32,000 bases of DNA from Candidatus Methanoperedens sp. (GTDB taxonomy: Archaea > Halobacteriota > Methanosarcinia > Methanosarcinales > Methanoperedenaceae), in NCBI GenBank assembly GCA_027460535.1, contig JAPZAR010000028.1, positions 1 to 32,000 on the forward strand. Reading direction: 5' to 3'. The number at the start of each line of letters is the position of its first letter. The first letter of the stretch is position 1. Below, one piece after another: positions 8,967 to 17,665 of the stretch. A program made the position numbers and the translations under genes. Below the pieces are notes generated by a model. It saw nothing but the letters and a program-made list of their open reading frames with translations. It was not told where the DNA came from and did not search any database.

Positions 8967-9758
8967 TTATTTCCCTCCGAAAACTGTTCTGGCAAGCCGG
9001 TCCACGAAACTTTCCTTGCCTTCCTTTGACCCGGTTTCCGTGAATTTCTCACCTGCAAGATGAGCTGCGAGCCTCTTAAAAGCAATTGAGGCCGGAGATG
9101 TCGGAGCTCTTATGACTATTGGGACCTTGAATGCCGCTGAACGCCGTACATTTGAATCCTCGGGTATCAACTCAAGGACTTTTACCCCCAAAAGCTCTGA
9201 GACCTTGGTGCGGTTGATCTCCGTTTTTAATTCAATTCCAGCTCGGTTCAAAATTGCTCCTTCAACCGTGCGGCCTAGCATTTCGGTCAATGCCTTTGTT
9301 TTCAGGGCATCGGCCATGGATGCAAGTTCAGGGTTTACAACAAGGATAACTTTATCGGCAACTGCAAGCGGGATTACGCCATCCTTGCTTATGCCTGCTG
9401 GAGCGTCGATCAATATAAAATCCATTCCTTCCGTAATCTTAGTCATGACCTCTTTCAATACATCAGGATTACAATTCTGGAATCCCCTCAACGATAAGCC
9501 GCTCGGAACTACTTTGAGTCCTCCGGGACCATCGTAAATGGCTTCAGTTATTTTGGCGCTGCCACTGAGGACTTCATGCAGCGTTATCTTACATTTTTCA
9601 AGACCCATCAAAAGACCGAGATTCGCCATACCTATGTCTGCATCAAGCACCAGTGTTTTCTTTCCAAGCAACGCAAGAGCTGTACCAAGGTTCAGCGTAG
9701 TCGTAGTCTTACCAGTTCCACCTTTTCCCGAGGCGATTGTGTATACACGTGCCGTCAT
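8967..9758 (-). CDS. minD: MinD/ParA-family P-loop ATPase (archaeal MinD-like)
   Basis: 263 aa. It has the deviant Walker A motif SGKGGTGKTT, DADIGMANL and a Walker B region (ILIDAPAG). It is the first gene of the minus-strand operon ending with the flaJ-like gene. Confidence 0.85.
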   Translation of the reverse strand: MTARVYTIASGKGGTGKTTTTLNLGTALALLGKKTLVLDADIGMANLGLLMGLEKCKITLHEVLSGSAKITEAIYDGPGGLKVVPSGLSLRGFQNCNPDVLKEVMTKITEGMDFILIDAPAGISKDGVIPLAVADKVILVVNPELASMADALKTKALTEMLGRTVEGAILNRAGIELKTEINRTKVSELLGVKVLELIPEDSNVRRSAAFKVPIVIRAPTSPASIAFKRLAAHLAGEKFTETGSKEGKESFVDRLARTVFGGK

Positions 9759-9936
9759 GTTTATTCCTTCGACTTAATATAATCCCTAAATAGTCGTATT
9801 ATAATTTTATGATGTATATACTCATTATGGGTTTATAACGTTTATTGATAATTAATATATATGATTATGCTCATGATAGTGATATGTATATATAGTAGTG
9901 GATTAATAATTTAAAGATTACAGGAATGATGAATAT
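9759..9936. promoter_or_regulatory. AT-rich divergent intergenic region; presumed promoters for the minD operon (-) and the 285-aa repeat-protein gene (+)
   Basis: This is a 178-bp, very AT-rich tract with several TATA-like strings (tatatatag, ttaatatatat) between divergently oriented start codons. No transcription start site can be assigned from sequence alone. Confidence 0.4.
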
Positions 9937-10794
9937 ATGGGCATATCGGAAGATTTCATAAATTATTGCACTCAAACTTTAGAAGTCAATTTCGGCCAGC
10001 TGTCTGCCGAAATAATAAATAAAGTCAAAGCGAAGAAGAGTCTAAACGATACCTCGAACACTGGCGACTTTAAGGAATTTATCGATGTGATCGAACTGAA
10101 CCTGAGCGTGCTTTCAGGGAAAAATAAAGCCGCTGAAATCTGTAATACCCTTAGGACAAAGGCTGTGGAGACCACGGGAAGGCAGAAAGCACCTGAGACT
10201 ACTATAAGCACCGATATCGACAAGGAAATAAGCGCATTCCTGGCGAAGAACACACTCCCATCTGAAAGCGACATTACAGACTATGCAAAATATCTGACAA
10301 TGAAGTTTGGCGGCAATGCCAAAAAAGTTGAAAAGGATATCATCGAAAAAGTGAAGAATCATGTCAGGATTGCAATAAGCAGAAAAAAAGTTAACGAAGA
10401 AATAGGCAACTTCCTTGTGCGATACTCACAGCCTGAACAAAAAGATATTGACGATTTTGTAAATTATATTCGCTTGTTAAAGCTGAATTTTCCTGAAAGC
10501 GAATTGAGAGAATTCATAGAAAAAGAAAGACTATATCGCAAGTTCCATGGAGATCAAGAAGTTGTGGAAAAACCATCAGAACTCGATCAATTCATAGATA
10601 TTATCAAAACACAGGATAAAAATGACATCAGCAAGGCCATGCAAAAACAGGAGATCAGCTATCTCATTAAAGATGAATCAGGACTTTCAGATAAACTGGT
10701 ATCCGAGTTCGTCGAACTCATGACGCCAAACGAAGGTGATATGAAAGATACTCTGGAGAGTCTTGGCCTCAAACATTTGATTAAGAATGGATGA
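9937..10794 (+). CDS. Hypothetical soluble, highly charged protein built from ~4-5 copies of a 'D[FY]xx[YF]I' helical repeat; paralogue of 11121..11555
   Basis: 285 aa. Repeats: EDFINYCTQTLEVNFG..IINKVKAK; GDFKEFIDVIELNLS; TDYAKYLTMKFGG..DIIEKVKNH; DDFVNYIRLLKLNFPE..EFIEKERLY; LDQFIDIIKTQ. The C-terminal ~90 aa align with the next gene (..GDMKDTLESLGLKHLIKNG versus ..KDMKDMLEGLGLKHLIRNK). Confidence 0.7.
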   Translation: MGISEDFINYCTQTLEVNFGQLSAEIINKVKAKKSLNDTSNTGDFKEFIDVIELNLSVLSGKNKAAEICNTLRTKAVETTGRQKAPETTISTDIDKEISAFLAKNTLPSESDITDYAKYLTMKFGGNAKKVEKDIIEKVKNHVRIAISRKKVNEEIGNFLVRYSQPEQKDIDDFVNYIRLLKLNFPESELREFIEKERLYRKFHGDQEVVEKPSELDQFIDIIKTQDKNDISKAMQKQEISYLIKDESGLSDKLVSEFVELMTPNEGDMKDTLESLGLKHLIKNG

Positions 10795-11120
10795 GGAAAA
10801 GTGAAATGTATATGTTACAACAGAAAATTTTTATGTAAATGTGCCGGCGCTTTACGCATAGCAGCATTCATTGAGTCTGTTGGAACCGCGGGGGTAATTA
10901 TCTCTTCCCTCATTTGGTATGAGAGAACGAATATGCTTTTTGAGTTGCCAACTTTTGTAGCAACCGGACATATATCGTTGTGATTCTAATAATTACTTAA
11001 AGATACACTTGATGGAAGGATTATCAAAATACCCTGGAATGAAGAGCGGTGATAATCCATGGAGAAAAAGAATGAAAACTGGAGAACCCCTCATAAGCTA
11101 TGATTTAACAGAGGAAGCAT

Positions 11121-11555
11121 ATGGCTTTAGTAATTAACAATAAATGTGTTTCAAAGATCGATAACCTTAAGAATGAGCTTGCAGGGTTAAGAAAAGATCT
11201 GGCCAAAGAAGACCTTAGGAAGGGAATGACCGAGTTAAAACAGAGCTTCCAGCAAGATGAGAAAAGAAAAAAGATAATAAGGGATAACCTCTACCGTCAA
11301 TTCTGCGGAGTCCAGGAAAGAGGGGGAACAAACCCTGGATTCAATAAAGCCATTGATCTCATTAAAGCCAATTACGGGAAGGATGGCGAAGTGGGCATGA
11401 CGCACAAACAGGAAATCGGTCATCTGATACACGACGGGTCTGAAATATTGAATGAAACATTATCAGACTTCACCAGTCTTATTACTCCCGATGAAAAGGA
11501 CATGAAAGATATGCTGGAAGGACTTGGTCTGAAACACTTGATCAGGAACAAATAA
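11121..11555 (+). CDS. Hypothetical protein; short paralogue sharing the C-terminal ~90-aa module of 9937..10794
   Basis: 144 aa with an N-terminal coiled-coil-like segment. Its C-terminus (NLYRQF..FNKAIDLIKAN..KQEIGHLIHDGSEILNETLSDFTSLITPDEKDMKDMLEGLGLKHLIRNK) aligns colinearly with residues ~196-285 of the upstream gene. Confidence 0.65.
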   Translation: MALVINNKCVSKIDNLKNELAGLRKDLAKEDLRKGMTELKQSFQQDEKRKKIIRDNLYRQFCGVQERGGTNPGFNKAIDLIKANYGKDGEVGMTHKQEIGHLIHDGSEILNETLSDFTSLITPDEKDMKDMLEGLGLKHLIRNK

Positions 11556-11582
11556 GGAAAAGGAAAAATTAAAAAAAGAGGA

Positions 11583-12287
11583 TTATCCCGATTGTTTTAC
11601 CTTGAACAATTGGAATATCCCTAGCACGGATACGGTTATTATTACTGCGATAGCAGAGCGATAGACAACCGCCGGGATCCCGAAAACCGGATTTACGATA
11701 AGACCGCCATAGATCGCATATAAGGCAAAACCAATCCCCGCATATACGAATCTTCTTCCGGCCTTTTCCCCGATTATGGCATTCATTTTTCCTGACAGGT
11801 CAAGGAATGCATATGAGGATATCGCGGCACCGAGAAAGCCCAGACTGTACCTCTCCGCAAGGTCTGCGGCTTTGTAACTTATCCCGATATCGTTGTTCGT
11901 CAGGTCAAGCCCTACAAATATCATCAACCAGAAATACATTAGGAGCGCACCATAAGGTAACCCGCGAAGCCATCTTTTTTCTTCCTTCCCGACTGTAATT
12001 ATATTCAGTCCGAAAGCAAGAAGCACAGCAAAGGAACTTGAGACAAGGAGCAATTTGATGATATCAAATGCCCATGCCGGCTGCCATACAAGGAACCGTG
12101 GGATATCAGAATATTCGGCCAACCCGTGGAGAAGCCCAAAGGCTGCAAGATATTTAAAGCCGTTCATTAATTCTATATGGCTTACTCTTTTTTTCCATAA
12201 GGTCAGGGCCAAGAACATTACTATGAAGCTTGTCCCGTATATCAAATAAACTGCAAGTTTTACCTGTTCATTATTCCAGTCTACCAT
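11583..12287 (-). CDS. Integral membrane protein (about 6-7 TM helices), function unknown
   Basis: 234 aa. It is hydrophobic throughout, with short charged loops. No catalytic motif was recognised. Confidence 0.6.
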   Translation of the reverse strand: MVDWNNEQVKLAVYLIYGTSFIVMFLALTLWKKRVSHIELMNGFKYLAAFGLLHGLAEYSDIPRFLVWQPAWAFDIIKLLLVSSSFAVLLAFGLNIITVGKEEKRWLRGLPYGALLMYFWLMIFVGLDLTNNDIGISYKAADLAERYSLGFLGAAISSYAFLDLSGKMNAIIGEKAGRRFVYAGIGFALYAIYGGLIVNPVFGIPAVVYRSAIAVIITVSVLGIFQLFKVKQSG

Positions 12288-12487
12288 TTAATAGCCTCCG
12301 TCTATACCCGTTTTTTTATTGGTTGCAATTATGTGAGCCTCACTATTTAAATGTAACTCATTATTATTAACATAATGATAGCAATTTTCATCTTTGTGAT
12401 TATTCTTTCAATGTTATTTCAATAAAAAAATAGCAACAAGCTGACACTATGGATATATTATCCCGATAACACAATCAGAAAGAAATC

Positions 12488-12517
12488 GGGGAGTTTCATA
12501 TTAAAATACAACTCCCC
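12488..12517 (-). terminator. Hairpin downstream of the TPR gene
   Basis: An 8-bp stem ggggagtt / aactcccc (12488-12495 and 12510-12517) has a 14-nt loop and sits 9 nt past the TPR gene stop. It is followed on the minus strand by T-rich sequence (tttctttct). Confidence 0.35.
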
Positions 12518-12525
12518 TGTAGAGT

Positions 12526-13551
12526 TTACATTTGCTTCAATTTATTCCTCGCCAGCGTATGCGCGGGGTCTATATCAAGCACTTTCTCAAAGCATTTCCT
12601 GGCATCATCCCCCCGTCCCAGTTCCTTGAGAGCTATCCCTTTATCATACCATGCTTGTGTGCTCCGTGGATCCATCTCAATGGATTTTTCAAAAGCCCTG
12701 ATGGCCTCGTTCCCCTTGTTGAGGCTTTTTAGAACAAAACCTTTTTCATACCAGAGCGCCGGGTTTTTAGGGTTCAGCTCGATCGCTTTTTCATAAGCAT
12801 GGAGCGATGTGTCAAATGCTTTAATAGCATCATATTTCATGCCCAGAGCGCGAAGATCGCTTCCTTTTAGACCCCATACTTTACCTTTTCCGAACCATGC
12901 GTTCCAGTTGCCTGGATCAATCTTCAGTGCCCGTTCAAGCAGGGCGAATCCCTCAGCATATTGTTTCTTTGAGCCTACAGCAATGCCTTTGCGGGCAAGC
13001 GCACCTGCATGACCCGGCTCAAGTGCAAGTACTTTTTCATAAGTCGCCAATGCATCAGCATCTTTGCCCAGGCCAGTTAGCATTATTCCTTTCTCGAACC
13101 AAATTTTTGTATTATCCGGCTCTATCTGGAGAAGGCTCTCGTATACGTTCAATAATTCGTTGTCCTTTTTGAGTTCTTTCAATATCAATGCTTTCTCAGA
13201 AAGCAGCCGAGTATTTCCTGGTTCAGATATGAGTATGTTATCATACGCGGTAAGTGCATCGTCCAGCCTGCCAAGATTCACAAGTACAATAGCTTTTTCA
13301 TGCCAGGCTTTCGTATTGTTTGGGTCAAGTTCAAGAACCTTCTCATAAGCCTCAAGGGCAGGAAGATACTGTTCAAGTGTAAGATGGATTGACGCTTTAT
13401 CATACCACGCTTTAAGGTTACCTGGGTCCATCGCCAGAATATCCGCATAAGCTTCGAGGGCTTTATCATACTTCCCCGAACGCTTATACTCATCAGCCTC
13501 TTGCAGAAAATCCTTCTTCTCCTTCTTCTTAAAAAATCCGCCTAATTTCAT
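12526..13551 (-). CDS. Tetratricopeptide (TPR) repeat protein
   Basis: 341 aa with about 9 consecutive 34-aa repeats showing the W/Y..G..L..A..AY..AL..P pattern (for example AWYDKASIHLTLEQYLPALEAYEKVLELDPNN). Confidence 0.85.
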   Translation of the reverse strand: MKLGGFFKKKEKKDFLQEADEYKRSGKYDKALEAYADILAMDPGNLKAWYDKASIHLTLEQYLPALEAYEKVLELDPNNTKAWHEKAIVLVNLGRLDDALTAYDNILISEPGNTRLLSEKALILKELKKDNELLNVYESLLQIEPDNTKIWFEKGIMLTGLGKDADALATYEKVLALEPGHAGALARKGIAVGSKKQYAEGFALLERALKIDPGNWNAWFGKGKVWGLKGSDLRALGMKYDAIKAFDTSLHAYEKAIELNPKNPALWYEKGFVLKSLNKGNEAIRAFEKSIEMDPRSTQAWYDKGIALKELGRGDDARKCFEKVLDIDPAHTLARNKLKQM

Positions 13552-13779
13552 TTGAATACCTCAATCTCAGGATATTTATCCAAATAATATCCAGATTTTC
13601 ATAGTGTTTTTTACAGTATAAATCTTTCTATAGCTGCATCGTGAAAGTTCTCGTTTCCATACTTCAGAAATGAAAAACATAAATGAAACAGACAACCATC
13701 AATGATATATAGAAGTTCAAACATTACGAAACAGCATTATTCGGAATCATCAAGAGCAGCATGTTTTGGAGGACCTTCG

Positions 13780-15498
13780 ATGCTAAAAGTAAATAATTTG
13801 GTTAAAGATTATGTAATCGACTCAGATACGATCAGAGTGCTGAACGGGATAAGTTTTGATATAAAAGAGGGTGAAATCCTCGGAATCATCGGGAGAAGCG
13901 GCGGCGGTAAGTCCACGATCTTGAAAGTGCTCCGGGGTATGGAACCATTTTCTGAGGGAAGCTTCGAACTTGACGGATTCACCGTAGGACCCGGTGCGTC
14001 GCATAATGATATTAAAAAATTACAGCAAATGACGGCCATTCATCTCCAGCGGAATTTCGGGCTATGGCCGGGTGCCACGTACGAGAGTGTACTGCGAAGG
14101 CTCAACGCTCAAAGATGTGGTTATGAGATTTTGCCTGAGAAAGATGCTCCATACTACGATGAATTGTATGAAAAAAGCATGGAGTATCTAAAGCTTGTCA
14201 ATCTTGACAAGAAAGCAGAGCATTTTTCAGCGGTTCTGAGCGGGGGAGAGAAACAGAGGCTGCTTATAGCAAGACAACTTGCAGCGAATCCCCATCTTCT
14301 TCTTCTGGACGAACCCGCGACCATGACATGCCCGGCGACAAAACAGGAAGTTCTCGACTCTATAAAGAACGTGAATGAAAAACTGGGAGTCAAGACCCTG
14401 GTGGTTTCTCATCTTCCCGAAGTACACTCCTATCTTGCCCACAGGGTACTCTGGCTTGAAGAAGGCAGAATAATAGAGGAGGGAAAACCCGGAGAGGTAT
14501 TAAAGAAGTTTCTCAAGAAGATGAGACCTGCCGTTCCAATGCCAAAGCGTACATCGGATAAGACAGTAGTAAAGGTCACAGATCTTTCCAAGCGTTACTG
14601 GCTCATCAGGCAGGGTGAAGTGTTAGACCTTGACAGCATCAATCTTGAATTCAAAGAGGGAGAGATGGCCGCCCTCATAGGACCAAGCGGAGCCGGAAAG
14701 ACAACCCTACTGCACGCCATGGATGGTCTTATTTATCCGGATGATGGGGAAATTGAATTCCTTGTGGGTGATGAATGGGTTGAAATGTCCACATATTCAC
14801 CGAAGAGAATGGAAGTGCGAAGAATTACCAGCATAATGTACCAGGAGTTCGCCTTATCACCCCATTCTACGATAAAACAGCAGCTCGCTTACAAGTTGGG
14901 CGTAAAAGGGCAGAGTGTTGTTGAAGAGTCCAGAAAAAGGGCAAAGGAGCTGGGAATATCGGATAAAGACCTTGATGAATTATACAGGATGACTGATATG
15001 CCTGAGGAAAACAGCAGGGAGGTACTGGCGAGACTGGGATATACTCCAGCTATACTTGGTGTGCTTTTCCCGAGCTATCCTCTTACCGAAGTGATTAACT
15101 ACGCAAAACCGGTCTTTGAAGCGGTTGGTCTGCCGTTGAGTGTTCTTGACGCCAAACCCTATCAGATGAGCGGTGGTGAGAACGTAAGAGCGGCCCTGGC
15201 AATGGCCCTTGCTTCGAAACCTTCCATCCTGCTACTGGATGAGCCTTTTGGCGACCTTGACCCTATAACGCTTCGCGAAGTTGCAAATTCCCTGAAGAAC
15301 ATCAATAAGACATTCAATACCACCATTATCTTCATCAGCCATCATGTAGATTTCATAAAAGAGGTCGCACAGAGGGCAATTTTGATAGATAAAGGGCACA
15401 TCATCTCGGATGGGGACCCGAAGAAAGTCTGCAATGAGTTTATCGAGGCCAGTAATGCAAAGTACCTGAAAGTCTGCTTTGAAGGCTATTCCAGATAA
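13780..15498 (+). CDS. Soluble double-cassette ABC ATPase with no adjacent permease; resembles methyl-coenzyme M reductase activation component A2 (AtwA)
   Basis: There are two ABC domains. The first has Walker A GRSGGGKST, signature LSGGEKQR and Walker B LLLLDEP. The second has Walker A GPSGAGKTT, signature MSGGENVR and Walker B ILLLDEP. The preferred start is the ATG at 13780 with GGAGG 8 nt upstream; the tracked start at 13702 adds 26 unlikely residues. The AtwA assignment is by resemblance only. Confidence 0.7.
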   Translation: MLKVNNLVKDYVIDSDTIRVLNGISFDIKEGEILGIIGRSGGGKSTILKVLRGMEPFSEGSFELDGFTVGPGASHNDIKKLQQMTAIHLQRNFGLWPGATYESVLRRLNAQRCGYEILPEKDAPYYDELYEKSMEYLKLVNLDKKAEHFSAVLSGGEKQRLLIARQLAANPHLLLLDEPATMTCPATKQEVLDSIKNVNEKLGVKTLVVSHLPEVHSYLAHRVLWLEEGRIIEEGKPGEVLKKFLKKMRPAVPMPKRTSDKTVVKVTDLSKRYWLIRQGEVLDLDSINLEFKEGEMAALIGPSGAGKTTLLHAMDGLIYPDDGEIEFLVGDEWVEMSTYSPKRMEVRRITSIMYQEFALSPHSTIKQQLAYKLGVKGQSVVEESRKRAKELGISDKDLDELYRMTDMPEENSREVLARLGYTPAILGVLFPSYPLTEVINYAKPVFEAVGLPLSVLDAKPYQMSGGENVRAALAMALASKPSILLLDEPFGDLDPITLREVANSLKNINKTFNTTIIFISHHVDFIKEVAQRAILIDKGHIISDGDPKKVCNEFIEASNAKYLKVCFEGYSR

Positions 15499-15536
15499 GA
15501 TAACTATATGCCAATATAACTACATTTTTCATAAAA

Positions 15537-16442
15537 ATGACAGGTTCTCCCAGAAAATACGCAATATACTTGGCAATAGTATTTTTCCTGCTGATAATCA
15601 TAGCTGGGAGCTTATATATGATCATCGGAGGCAAAAACTTCGGCATTTCGGGGAACAGGGTTGAAGTTGTCTATGTCCAAGGTGTTATGCTGACGGGGAG
15701 CGTCCCATCAGGTTTCGGGATCGCAACTTCCGAAGAGATAACAAAAAGCCTGAAAGATGCATCAGAGGATGATGCGGTTAAGGCTATAGTGATGAGGATA
15801 AATAGCCCGGGAGGCTCCCCGGCTGCGGCTGAAGAGATCGTGGCTGCTATGAAAAAAATCAAGAAACCGATAGTCATCTCTATGGGGGACGTTGCAGCAA
15901 GCGCAGCATATTACATCAGTGTGCCGGCTACCAGGATCATAGCCAATCCGGATACTATCACAGGCAGCATAGGCGTGATCTGGGAATTCCAGAACAGGTC
16001 AAAATTCTATGAAAAAGACGGCACGTCCTTCTATATTGCAAAATCAGGTGAGCTGAAAGATATGGGCGGGGACTGGAGAGGATTGTCGGATGAGGAAAAA
16101 ACGTATGCAGACCAGACCATAGAGGAAGCGTACGGACGTTTTGTTAAAGAGGTTGCACAGGACAGGAACCTTTCCATGAGCAAAGTCAAGGATCTTGCGG
16201 ACGGCAGGGTTTACACGGGCGCAAAAGCCAAGGAACTGGGGCTCGTGGACGAATTCGGAAGCCTGGACGATGCTATCGATATCGCCGCATCGCTTGGTGG
16301 GATAGTAGGCAAGCCAGAAGTTACGTATGCCAATAAGCCCTCTCTGTCGCAGTTGCTGTTCGGAGGGCAAAAGACGGAAATATCCGGATTTACAAGCTAT
16401 TACTATGAGAGCCCTTACGGACGCCTGCTCTCGACATCCTGA
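15537..16442 (+). CDS. sppA: Signal peptide peptidase SppA (36K type)
   Basis: 301 aa with an N-terminal TM anchor. It shows the ClpP/crotonase-fold SppA motifs (RINSPGGS, GDVAASAAYYIS, GSIGV, GELKD, GRVYTGAKAKELGLVD). Confidence 0.85.
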   Translation: MTGSPRKYAIYLAIVFFLLIIIAGSLYMIIGGKNFGISGNRVEVVYVQGVMLTGSVPSGFGIATSEEITKSLKDASEDDAVKAIVMRINSPGGSPAAAEEIVAAMKKIKKPIVISMGDVAASAAYYISVPATRIIANPDTITGSIGVIWEFQNRSKFYEKDGTSFYIAKSGELKDMGGDWRGLSDEEKTYADQTIEEAYGRFVKEVAQDRNLSMSKVKDLADGRVYTGAKAKELGLVDEFGSLDDAIDIAASLGGIVGKPEVTYANKPSLSQLLFGGQKTEISGFTSYYYESPYGRLLSTS

Positions 16443-16443
16443 A

Positions 16444-17346
16444 CTATTCCTTTCGCGGTCTGGGATAGCGCTTCTTAATTTCCATGACTTTTTTCTCCAA
16501 ACCATAAGCTAAGCTATCCACTAATTCGCCTGAGTAATAATCATATCGTGCTGCCAGGGATATCTTGGAGGCAACGGTTCTTGCGATCTTGCCGCGCTGC
16601 CACTTCGGGGCATTATTTATATAGGGGTGCCTGAAAATCACACCGTGCTTTGGAGATGGGGCTTTGCCTTTTAAATGTTTAAAGAGGGCGCTGTTCGCTC
16701 CTATAACCTGAACAGTGCTTGAAGGCATGGAGGCGAGTTTCCCAAGACCGCCAGCAATGCGAATCAATCGGGCTCCAAGAAGATATCCGGCTATATTCGT
16801 AAGATTTGGCGCAAGTTGAGGCATGCTATTCTTCAGATATTTTTCCATAGAAAGGCGGGATTCATACAAACCGAGGAGAGTTGCTGCAAGACTTTGCATC
16901 ATCTGCAATTCAGGCTCAACATGCGACCCTTTTATCCCAAGTATATAACGGGCAAGTTCACCGCCCATTAAATCTGTCTCACCGAAGTTCATAATGTACC
17001 ATTCTTTCAATCTCTCGCCCAGGACATTTCCGGTCTCATTAATCTCATCTATCGTCTCGATTGCCGCTGAAATCTGCCTATCCCGCGTAACGGCCTTGGT
17101 TAATTGTTTTTTTACAAGCCCGATGTTGAGTTCGTGAAAAATGTGGTCATATTCTTCATTTGAGGATACGAAGCCGTATTTTAATCCGAGGTCGCGGAGG
17201 TTAGTCCCTGCAACTTTTCCCACCATCATTAACGGTTCTCTTGTAAGGCGGGAGAGGAGCGTTTCGATGTCTTTTTGAAATAGTTCGACTCCAGTTATCC
17301 CGTTTTCATCTATCGAAAAAATCCCAAACCAGGTTCTTGTTTGCAT
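16444..17346 (-). CDS. nop5: Nop5/Nop56/58 C/D-box sRNP core protein
   Basis: The Nop domain is clear (LAPNLTNIAGYLLGARLIRIAGGLGKLASMPSSTVQVIGANSALFKHL..PKHGVIFRHPYI..RGKIARTVASKISLAARYD). The start is set at the ATG at 17346 (MQTRTWFG...). The tracked upstream extension (MKDNITIIIIIIML..) is translated AT-rich promoter DNA. Confidence 0.85.
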   Translation of the reverse strand: MQTRTWFGIFSIDENGITGVELFQKDIETLLSRLTREPLMMVGKVAGTNLRDLGLKYGFVSSNEEYDHIFHELNIGLVKKQLTKAVTRDRQISAAIETIDEINETGNVLGERLKEWYIMNFGETDLMGGELARYILGIKGSHVEPELQMMQSLAATLLGLYESRLSMEKYLKNSMPQLAPNLTNIAGYLLGARLIRIAGGLGKLASMPSSTVQVIGANSALFKHLKGKAPSPKHGVIFRHPYINNAPKWQRGKIARTVASKISLAARYDYYSGELVDSLAYGLEKKVMEIKKRYPRPRKE

Positions 17347-17665
17347 GGGGTTATCATTTTCCTGATAATTACGCTTATATATATTACATTGCCCGCAAAA
17401 GCCCTCCTTACTGATTTTAATCATATAAATTAGCATAATAATTATTATAATAATTGTAATATTATCTTTCAAAAGCTATATATACTCAAAATAACATTCT
17501 AATTATTAATAGAAAGGCAGAAAACGGGATTCCGTTTTTCTGTATGGATTGGTTGTGCGAAAATCAGCAGAGGTGGTATGTCGCTCCCCATGCACCATGC
17601 TGTGTTATAAAAATGTCCATAGCAAGAAAGCTCATAAAATGAGTAGGTGGATTGGAGAAGATTGG

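Noticed and set aside
8966-9085. N-terminal 40 residues of the tracked 103-aa ORF (8774..9085)
   Set aside because: This part overlaps the 3' end of minD in another frame. An ATG at 8965, 1 nt past the minD stop codon, gives a sensible TM protein, so the longer form was not adopted.
9851-9935. ATGATG-containing strings in the divergent promoter region, considered as C boxes
   Set aside because: They do not match canonical RUGAUGA, and there is no CUGA D box at the proper spacing.
10801-10983. 60-aa GTG-initiated ORF between the two paralogous genes
   Set aside because: It has no ribosome-binding site or ATG, an odd Cys-rich composition, and no similarity to its neighbours. It cannot be supported from sequence alone.
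11012-11137. 41-aa ATG ORF (MEGLSKYPGMKSGDNPWRKRMKTGEPLISYDLTEEAYGFSN) overlapping the start of the 144-aa gene by 17 nt
   Set aside because: It could be an upstream ORF or chance. It has no motif and no clear SD, and conservation cannot be tested here.
13702-13779. Upstream extension of the ABC ATPase ORF (MIYRSSNITKQHYSESSRAACFGGPS)
   Set aside because: The ATG at 13780 has a GGAGG 8 nt upstream and begins the canonical ABC N-terminal beta-strand (MLKVNNLVKDY). The extension looks like translated leader sequence.
17347-17472. Upstream extension of nop5 (MKDNITIIIIIIMLIYMIKI...)
   Set aside because: It is a translation of an AT-rich promoter region (poly-Ile from ATA/ATT runs). The conserved Nop5 N-terminus starts at the Met at 17346.
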